DNA of 64,000 nt. Origin: Octopus sinensis. Lineage: Eukaryota. Below, one piece after another: positions 54,980 through 64,000 of the stretch. The stretch lies in NCBI RefSeq assembly GCF_006345805.1, contig NC_043015.1:4588001-4652000 (forward strand), written 5' to 3'. Each line of letters starts with the position of its first letter. Positions within the stretch are counted from its first letter, which is position 1. The position numbers were made by a program, and so were the translations under genes. The notes under the pieces are model-generated. The model saw only the letters and a list, made by a program, of their open reading frames with translations, was not told where the DNA came from and ran no database searches.

Positions 54980-56500
54980 CCAGTTAGGTTTTAGCAGGTT
55001 TAGCTATTCATTATTATGTTAGACATATACCTTCCATTCACTGAAAGACAGCAAAATTTCATAGAATGATCGCACCGCTTAGACCTTACGAGAGGGACAT
55101 ATAGTAGGGTGCGGATCATGTGTGGTTCGATGTTTTTTCGACTCGTGTTAATAGATCCAGTCTTGATTGACACGAAGCATAACTGACATATTCCACTAGA
55201 CCTGAAATATCTTTTCTTTTTTCTGTTTTTTCTTGATTCCTCCCAGTCTTCTGTACACAGGAGACAGGAGTGCTATCGACTTTTTTCGGGTTTCAGTTAA
55301 AGCCATTATGAATCTTGGCTCTTCTGTTTTTGCCATCTTCTTTCAGTAGCAGCTCCTTACAGGTTAGTATTCACCTACTGAACAAATAATCTGGTGTATA
55401 ATGTGACTACAAAAGCAATATTGTGAGCAAGTATTTAGATAATTCTGTGGGTCATTGGTATACTTGGATCGGATGTATACTCTGGATTTCAATTACCTGT
55501 TAGTTCGCGTTTTGTATATTATTTGAAACTGCTCTGTCAAGAAATTAGATACCTTCGAAATGCATAATATTTCTCCTCGATCTTATTTCTTACTATGTCA
55601 AAGTGTTTATTTCAGTTGACATAGAATTATTATGCCTTTATCTAATCGTTTCTTGCTTTTCCTATTTCGTTTAGTTTCTTTTTGTATATTTCAATTTTCT
55701 ATATTAACATACCTTCATATATACACTTGTCTTCTTGATAAAACTGGATTGCTAATTGTGCGAGCTTACATATCTTATTCTTACTTATACTGATATCTCT
55801 TTGTGGAATTTTAAAAATTCTTTTCTTTGAAGAATTTGTGTTTTTCAAAGCGTCTATTTTGCAGAACGGAAATAACCCGTTGCTTCGATCTCTTATTACC
55901 TTACAAAGCATCTTCCTTTCCAGTTTTATCTTTCTACTTTCGATGCTTCTTGACTATTTCAATAAGCAAGGGCGTTTTCTTTTGTTCAATTTTAGCATTC
56001 ACGATTTTCAAAGCGCCTATTGTGCATAACTGGACTACCCCGTTGTTTCGAACCTTTCCAGTTTTCCCTTTCTATTTTGAATGCTTCTTAAATGCATCAT
56101 TAAGCACGAGTATTTATTTTGTTCAAATTCATGCATTATACAATATTCCCAATTTTCATTCGAAATTTAGGTTTAGATTTACGTCAAGCCTGGATACCCA
56201 CGATAATATCAGTGCTTGAGGGATTCAAAATTCAACTTCTTTATATTAGGATAGGCAGGATTACCGTTTTTATTTTTTGCAAAACAATTTTATAATTGTA
56301 TTCTTTTAAAAAAGTACTTATTCCTTTGTTGCTTGATAGGGCGTTCACGTGGATCATCGCTTATGATATGATTCAGTGACTCATTCAGTTCTTCGTCTGG
56401 TTTATATGACGTAGTAAGGAATGTTTTGTTGAATACCAAGTCCGGAATTTCTAAAGTACATTTTCTTCTTGTTCTTGCGGCCCCTGCCTCTGTTGTTATT
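54980..56500 (-). mobile_element. Heavily decayed R4/Dong-like LINE ORF fragments next to (TTA)n
   Basis: KQRVISVLQNRRFEK (pre-RT region) and LYVP (post-RT region) patches, with an internal ~130-bp duplication. Many stops. Confidence 0.45.
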
Positions 56501-56523
56501 CCTTTTGATATCATGATTCTTAA

Positions 56524-56568
<45 letters not shown>

Positions 56569-57599
56569 GATTATTATTATTATTATTATTATTATAATTA
56601 TTGTTATTATTATCATTATTATTATTGTTATTGTTGTTGCTGTTGTTGTTGTTGTTGTTGTTTTTATTATTATTATTATTATTAGCAACACCATTGCCAT
56701 CATCATCATCAACTTCGTCGCCATGAACTGGAGAAAACTGCTCACAATTTCCCCTATAAAGGAACGAAATTTGCCGCTTACAACTGCATGCAATATTGTG
56801 CATTTCTTTTTGCAGTTTCGTTGATCACTGTGACGTTTAGAATCTCGCCCTTTTCAAGGCCTTGATAAAATTTTGATGTATAATCTGTACACAAACGATA
56901 TTTCTCTTTTTTCTTTTCCTATACACGGATGGACGAAACGGCCACGAATATTCCACACATAACTCTAAAAAAATGAGGAATCAAATTCTTAACCATCTTA
57001 TTATAGAAGGACGAAAAACCAAATGAAAAAAGGAAGTAGTACGCGCTAAGACACGAATGTCTTAATAGAAAGAAATAATATCAATGAGAATTCCAATAAT
57101 ACATCAGTATTATCCAAACAGCTAGTGATTTTGTTTGTTGTTAACAACACGGATACTATGACTTTCCACCATACATGCATAAAAGGCGAAGCACGGAATT
57201 ACTTTTGTGAATTGTAGTTGTGCATGTGTTACCAGTGAAAAAATGATACTTGGCAATTTCAAACCAAAACACTGATACATGATTCTTTCAAACTAGAGGG
57301 AAAAATCGATAGACTGGGAAAATTGTGTCAAGTCACACGGTGTCATTTGGATCAAAGTGTAAGTAGTAATATTGATAAAAAGTAATGTTGCGAATTTGCA
57401 CATCCTAGAATATGACAAGAGAAATTACGTATATAACATGAAAGCTTTGACGCCCTTAGCACAATTATCGTCATTCGATGCGCAATGCATCGAATATGCT
57501 CGGGAACCTAATACGTACGCGTGTGCGTGCGCTTGCGTGAATGAATGAATGTGTGTCTGTGTATATGTATATGTATGTATATATATATATATATTATAT

Positions 57600-57650
<51 letters not shown>

Positions 57651-57756
57651 GTATATATATATATGTATATATAATATATATATGTATATATATATATATA
57701 TGTATGTATATATATATACATGTATATATATGTATATATATATATATGTATATATC

Positions 57757-57865
<109 letters not shown>

Positions 57866-57980
57866 TGTATGCATACACACGTACAGATATACATGATAGA
57901 AGTAAATATACACACATATAATCATTAAAATTTATTGAAATCTGAGTTTATAACTTCCAATTATTTAATATTAAAAAGAC

Positions 57981-58650
57981 ATGTCCTTTGCATTTTTTAA
58001 CTCAAGTATCATATTAGGCATGATAGTGATCAGTTGAATATTCCCTTGCCAAGTTTCATGCCGTTATCGCAAAAGATCTGGCTTTCAAGATGCTTCCTCG
58101 CTCTTTTTATGCACTGTTTTTGTCCATTATGGCCCGGAAGTGTCCACTAGGGTTCATATCTGGTGACTGGCTTGGTCATGGAATATATTTAATGTCATTC
58201 TCATCGAACAAATCTCGGGTCATTTTAGCCTTGTGCGAAGGAGCATCATCTTCCATAAAGACTGTTCTTTAATCATTTCACCACTGCAGAAGTTTAGAAG
58301 GGGTTCTTTCTGCAATACCAACACATTTTTATGTTTCCCTGAAACTCCACAGGCTCTGATGAAACATTGCTCCAAATTGTTCGACATAGCATTTTCTATT
58401 ATGTCCAGATTGTCTGTATTTCTTGGCAGTAGTCGAGTGTGGATCTGGAGGTTCTGTGATCACTAATTCGATACGAAGAAATTGCAGCAAACAATGAAAT
58501 ACGACAGGTATATAAATTTATACATTCATCTTGAAAGCCAGATCTTTAGAGATAACTGCATGAAAGTTGGCAAGAAACTCCACAAGGGAATATTCAACTG
58601 ATCACTATCATGCCTAATATGTTACCTGAGCTAAAAAATGCAAAGGACAT
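57981..58650 (-). mobile_element. Internally deleted Tc1-like transposon with ~110-bp inverted repeats
   Basis: IRs at 57981-58092 and 58527-58650. VFMEDDAPSHKAK...P*PSQSPDMNP matches the Tc1 DDE motifs DNAPxH and WPSQSPDLNP. Confidence 0.88.
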
Positions 58651-58697
58651 ATCAACATAATATTACATAATTAGAACGTATGATTGAATAGATTCAA

Positions 58698-58990
58698 ATA
58701 CCTGCCGTGTTTCATTGTTTGCTACAATCTCTTCGTATCGAATTAGTGATCACAGAGCCTCCAGATCCACACTCCCCTACTGCCATGAAATACAGAATAT
58801 CTGGACATAAGAGAGAATATTCAGAGTCCCAAAATGCTAGTGGCCTCTCTACAATCTCAATGGTCAGCACTTTTCTCCGCTCTAGATACCTGACCGCTTT
58901 TCTGAGAATTACATCAATTTTTTTCTGCTACGTCTGTGGCCTTGCTACGAGTATTAACATCCAACGTCACTTAATAAGGAGTGATAGCAT
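58698..58990 (+). mobile_element. Second partial copy of the same Tc1-like element in opposite orientation
   Basis: 58698-58810 is the reverse complement of 58399-58511. Confidence 0.75.
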
Positions 58991-59019
58991 GTAGTTTTTG
59001 GCGAGAAACATGCGAGTGA

Positions 59020-59576
59020 GGAAATCCCGACAACAGAGTGCATTGTCGTCAGGAACATTCCAGACGCTAGGACTGCACGGTCCCATCCGACAGATCAACA
59101 ACGTACGATATATCACGGATTTTCCTCCGACAAACCTCATGCCCCAAGCTGATGAATTTTTTTCACCTACCAGGGAGTGACTCTCGTGTTTTCCAGACTG
59201 CTCGTCTCATTCCAGGGACTTTCTTCCGTTTTAGAAGCACCTGTACCACTAAGCTATACATACGATTCATTGTCTTGTTGCCGTAAGCTTGCATAAGCAT
59301 GCTCAAGGTCTCTGTAGAAGACTTCCCAAATTTAACGCAAAATTTTCATTTTGGTTCTTTGTTCCGTCTTCCTGCTCCTGACAAATAATCGCAGACTGCA
59401 CCATACATGTGATGGCAAAAGCAGAAATTTTACAACTTGATAAATAAACACAATGATGTCACTCGCCTCACGGCCTCATGACTGTCACAGCTAATTCTGA
59501 CAGCTCACGCTACCGTGTGCAGGATCTGATGAAGCGTTTACAGAACAAATCCTGGAATTATCTAAAACCACCACAT
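59020..59576 (-). mobile_element. 5' half of a mariner transposon
   Basis: KFCVKFGKSSTETLSMLMQAYG and VKKIHQL..EVCRRKIRDISYVVDLSDGTVQ (mariner HTH regions). Mariner-like TIR at ~59545-59576. Confidence 0.82.
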
Positions 59577-60847
59577 ATATGTAGATAAGACTGGTTTCGA
59601 GTGTAATTTAAAATTCGGTAAGTATCGTATTCAGTAACAGAAATTCGAATTGACATATATGTTTTTTTAACACTTGACAATCCACACGTTGAAATAATAA
59701 GGACGTCGTTAGCTGATCGAAAACATGCTCCGAATGAGAGGAGAGAATCGCCGTGTTTACAAGCTTGTAAATGTGTGTATATGTAAGCGCATGAATTGCT
59801 AGTATGGGTTTCTACATCAGAGCGACAAACGGACTCTGAGTACTAAATTGAATTTATACCTGTAAAACTTTCTTTTGTATGCATCAGTGTGTTACTGGAC
59901 ATACATGTGTATACCCAACTACCACCCGGTACACACTAATACATGCGGATACATATAATTATGTGTATATTGAGATATACGTATATATAAACGTGTATAC
60001 ACACACACACACATATATATGTATATCTGCATATATGTAAACGTATATATACACAAACACACACACACACACATATGCACGCACACACATACACACATAT
60101 ATGTTGCGTCATGTATACATATTTGCCTTTACTCGCACTGTCCAGTATATTTATTATCTATTTTTCATATTTATAAAACGGCACAATCCTCATAAATATT
60201 ATTCTTTAAAGTTTTGTGCTTCAACCGAATCTTTCACCTATGATCGTATCGTTTTCTTCTTATCGGATTCTTTCTTTTATAATTTATTGAATTCTTTAAA
60301 TTTTTATTTCATATTTTGATTTCAACAGGAAATTTCATTTTCGATTTCATATTCATAGTATTCTTCAAATATTTCTAGTTATATTTTAATGCATTTTGCC
60401 ACCTGAAGCTCAAAGATTTTCTTTAAAACAACCAATATTTCAGTCAGATAATTTTGAAAGATGCTACAACATATTTGACACGTAACTATTTCAAAAAGAT
60501 TGAAATTTAAATATTCATAAATCTCTATATATAAAATTCTGTCTATTCCACCTTTCCTTGACTTATATAAATACGCTAACATCTTTTTATTACATCTGAA
60601 TTGGATATATGCTGAGACAGAAATAATATGAAAACGCCAAAAAATATTTTCTTTTCTCATTGTCAAACTGTTTTCGTATAATTAACTTTATAATCATTAG
60701 ATTCTATATAAAATTATGTATACCCTTCTCGAAAATCTTTGGTTATTAATCATTGCCCTTATCATCATCATCATCGTCGTCGTCATCATAATCTTCTTCG
60801 TCGTCATCATCATCGTCATCATCACCATCATCATGATCATCATCATC

Positions 60848-60882
<35 letters not shown>

Positions 60883-61030
60883 TCTGTTTTTCCTTCTTTC
60901 TTCAATTTTTCTTCCGTTTCTCGCCTGGTGGTTTCCATACACCTAGGACAGAGAAGCTCATTGTATGCATTCCCATTTTACACACGCAAAATCACAGATA
61001 AAATATGTATCTTATTATTATTATTATTAT

Positions 61031-61081
<51 letters not shown>

Positions 61082-61199
61082 CAGTAGTAGCAGTTGTAGT
61101 AGTAGTAGCAGTAGTAGTAGTAGTAGTAAGTTAGGAAGAGTAGTAGTAGTAGTAGTTGTAGTAGTAGAAGTAGTAGTAGCAGCAGTAGTAGTATATGAA

Positions 61200-62260
61200 C
61201 AGTGAAAGCTTATTCTATTGGGTATGATGGAAAGTGTCACTTGTCCACAGCCAGCAGACAAAGGCGACACTTGTTTACTGGTGATGCTGCAAGAGACCTG
61301 GGAAGAATTCTCGCAGTTCCAAGCAAGCTGATTTATGTAGGTGTTCTACCTTCACACTTTTGCTTATCTATTTTTAGCCATGTTAGTAGTTGGGTGCTGA
61401 TACTTTTGTATCACTTCTCGTCTCCTCATTGACTACAACCTTTGTATTTCCCACTGCAAATCGCCATAGTTGTCTTTTTCTCCCTTCACATTCTCACCGG
61501 GCCATAATATGTCGATTGTCATGCATGATCTTTCGTTTTCATTCACCACGCCAATATATGATTTCCGATGTCTGGTCAGGTGATAGTACTGTATCATTGT
61601 ATCCCACAGGATTTTGCAATTCTGATTCTCGGTAACACCTTGTGGGGTTTATTCATACATCATCTTTGCTGTTTGTAGCCCATCATTTTCACAGAGGTCC
61701 CAGTGGATCACACTTGCGAATTTGCCATAGCGTATCATATATTTGCGTTGTTACAATTTCGGGCACTCGCTAACGATGTGCTATACCGTTTTGTCCCTCT
61801 TAACACACATCCTACATTTGTCACTATCGGTAGCCTTGTCTATTCTGCATTTCATATAATGTGCAAACAGAACGTGTATGTTTTTCCCTCGGTGCTTTCT
61901 TATTTTTTCTTTTTTATTTCTTGTTTAAAATATTCTTAATTTCCCAATATTCAATTTTGATAATTCCGGCGTTTTTCTTGTGATTCAAGAGAGTCTCCAC
62001 AGCATGTTTTTAATATACCACCCGGAGCTGTTTTTTTCTCTGCTTGGGTAGAGTCATGGCGCCTGGTCAAACCTCTCGCATCATTTCTTGTGGACACGTA
62101 CAACATGTCGTATCACTTTTAGAGTGGTCGTATTTCTGGTCTTGGTATCCATTTTATTGATTTATCTCCTTTACTATTTTATAATTCTAGCGCCATACCG
62201 AAGTGATGCTGTCGCCCACAAATTATCTACTTAAGTTTTGTTCCATCCGGTCAATTATCA
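61200..62260 (-). mobile_element. 3' 1 kb of an R4/Dong-like RLE LINE, pseudogenised, abutting (TAG)n
   Basis: WATASLRYGA, MDTKTR and LYVS (post-RT), CRMC....TV*HIVSECPKL (CCHC knuckle), ILWD and IDI (RLE). Confidence 0.88.
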
Positions 62261-62864
62261 TCATCATCGCCGCCGTTGTTTTTGTCATCATTATTATTAT
62301 GATTATTATTATGATCAAAGTGACACTTGGGTAAATTATACGCAATCCCAGTATACCCATCATGACTTCTCGTCTGGTAAGTGAGACTGGACACATGCAT
62401 CGCAACAATAATGTGCAAAATTATGATTTCAAATGAAGATAAACAGCGCATGACTTTGCAGGTGTCACCCAGTTTGAATTCTCTTCAGGTCGATTGAGCT
62501 ATTCCACTAAAATAGGTCCCTGAATAGGATTTGTGTAAGGATGTGGTACGAAACACTCATGTTCCCAGAGGTGAATTATTCAGACGCCTGGGATTCCCTA
62601 TGAGCATATGACTATGATGGTCCCCCGCAAATTCTGCTCGTAACCAGAGATTCGCCCAATCGTCAGCGTCTAAGAGGCTTGCTGAACTGGTGAAGGTGAA
62701 ACAACTGACAACCAATCACAATATTTGCTGTAGCCCATCTTTTATACCAGGACAAAATATTTACATCGTAACACTTCCAACCCGTTAAGAACATAAGACA
62801 TGAGAATCACTGGCACTGCATCAGGGTATTATTATTATTATTATTATTATCATTATATTATTGT

Positions 62865-62898
<34 letters not shown>

Positions 62899-63481
62899 AT
62901 TGTTGTCGTCGTTGTTGTTGCTATTAATGCATATGTTAAGATTGATATCTCCCGAAAAATAACTCTCATATTTTTCCCCCTTAACTTATCCATCATTCTT
63001 AAATTCCTATCACAATATTGATTGGGACGTAACAGAAATAGACTCCACATTTCATCCAAATTTTATGTTTGAGAATCAACAAACTTTATCAAAGCAATAG
63101 ACTTAGCTTGCCAATCCATTCATGATAATTTCAGCATTAGATTGGTTAGTAGAACGTCTAATTCGACGAAAGATACTTGGTTCATTTTCTTTGGTTCTTC
63201 CTTTCTTTCTTTGTTTCAGTGTTACATTCTTTTGTTTCAAATCGGCTCTCCCTCATTCTATTGTTCTTTGGGTACGCTGTCCAGCATTTCCTTTTTATCG
63301 TAAATCAATGAATAAAACACGTTTCCCTTTTAATATCAGAGCAGAAAAATAAAACCCGAATATATAATATAAATATTCTTTCTTTCTTTTCATTCTTGCT
63401 TTTCTTGCTGGTCTTTATATTAATGCTAGTAAGGTTGTTGTTGCTGTTGATTGCCACCTACGTCCCCTCATCCACCTACTT

Positions 63482-63720
63482 GTCTTCTTCTTCTTCTTCT
63501 TCTTCTTCTTCTTCTTCTTCTTCTTCTTCTTCTTCTCCTTCTTCTTCTTCTTCTTCTTCTTCTTCTACTTTTTCTCATCCTTCTTCTTCTATTTCTTCTT
63601 CCTGTTCCTTCTTCTTCCTGTTCTCCTTCTTCTTCTTCTCCTTCTTCATCTTCTTCTTCTTCTTCTTCTTCTCCTTCTTCTTCTTCTCCTTCCTCTTCCT
63701 CTTCTTCTTCTTCTTCTTCT
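63482..63720. repeat. (TCT/TCC)n microsatellite
   Basis: Read directly. A similar tract lies at 24080-24230. Confidence 0.95.
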
Positions 63721-63781
63721 CAATTTTTAATTTCATTCGTCGCGAGTGTGCACAATCAATGAAATGATCAATCACTCCAAC

Positions 63782-63842
<61 letters not shown>

Positions 63843-64000
63843 ATGTGTGTGTTTGTCTGTGTCTGTGTGTATGCATATATGAAACAAAAATATGTATATA
63901 CCAATGCTTTATGTGACGAAAAGGGAAGTCAATTTGACATTACAGCTGTTCCTCTAGATAGTCAATAATCTATCTTCGATGTCTCATACAATGTTTTGTA

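Overview
AT-rich, microsatellite-dense eukaryotic DNA with no recognisable intact protein-coding gene. The SINE and repeat landscape suggests a cephalopod (Octopus-like) genome, which is an inference. Most ORF-track entries are translations of (TA)n, (AAT)n, (GATA)n or (TCT)n tracts. The window is dominated by decayed mobile elements: Helitron helicase remnants plus a non-autonomous Helitron, mariner, Tc1 and Tigger-like transposons, R4/Dong-like RLE LINE fragments, Penelope-like remnants, several tRNA-derived SINEs and a MITE carrying TTAGGG repeats. The main discovery is at 9.1-12.0 kb. A near-homogeneous tandem array of about five 403/404-bp units carries a complete type I hammerhead ribozyme on the minus strand of every unit (CUGAAGA...GAAA, palindromic stem III ACUGCAGU, GUA cleavage triplet). 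Directly beside it lies a diverged ~430-bp sister unit whose ribozyme and other hairpins are kept through compensatory base changes and which contains a fold-back inversion. This looks like a non-LTR retrozyme (circular-RNA-derived) family inserted into a (TA)n tract. A separate minimal hammerhead sits in a Penelope-like remnant at 20.1 kb. All structures were read by eye; no folding or database searches were run.
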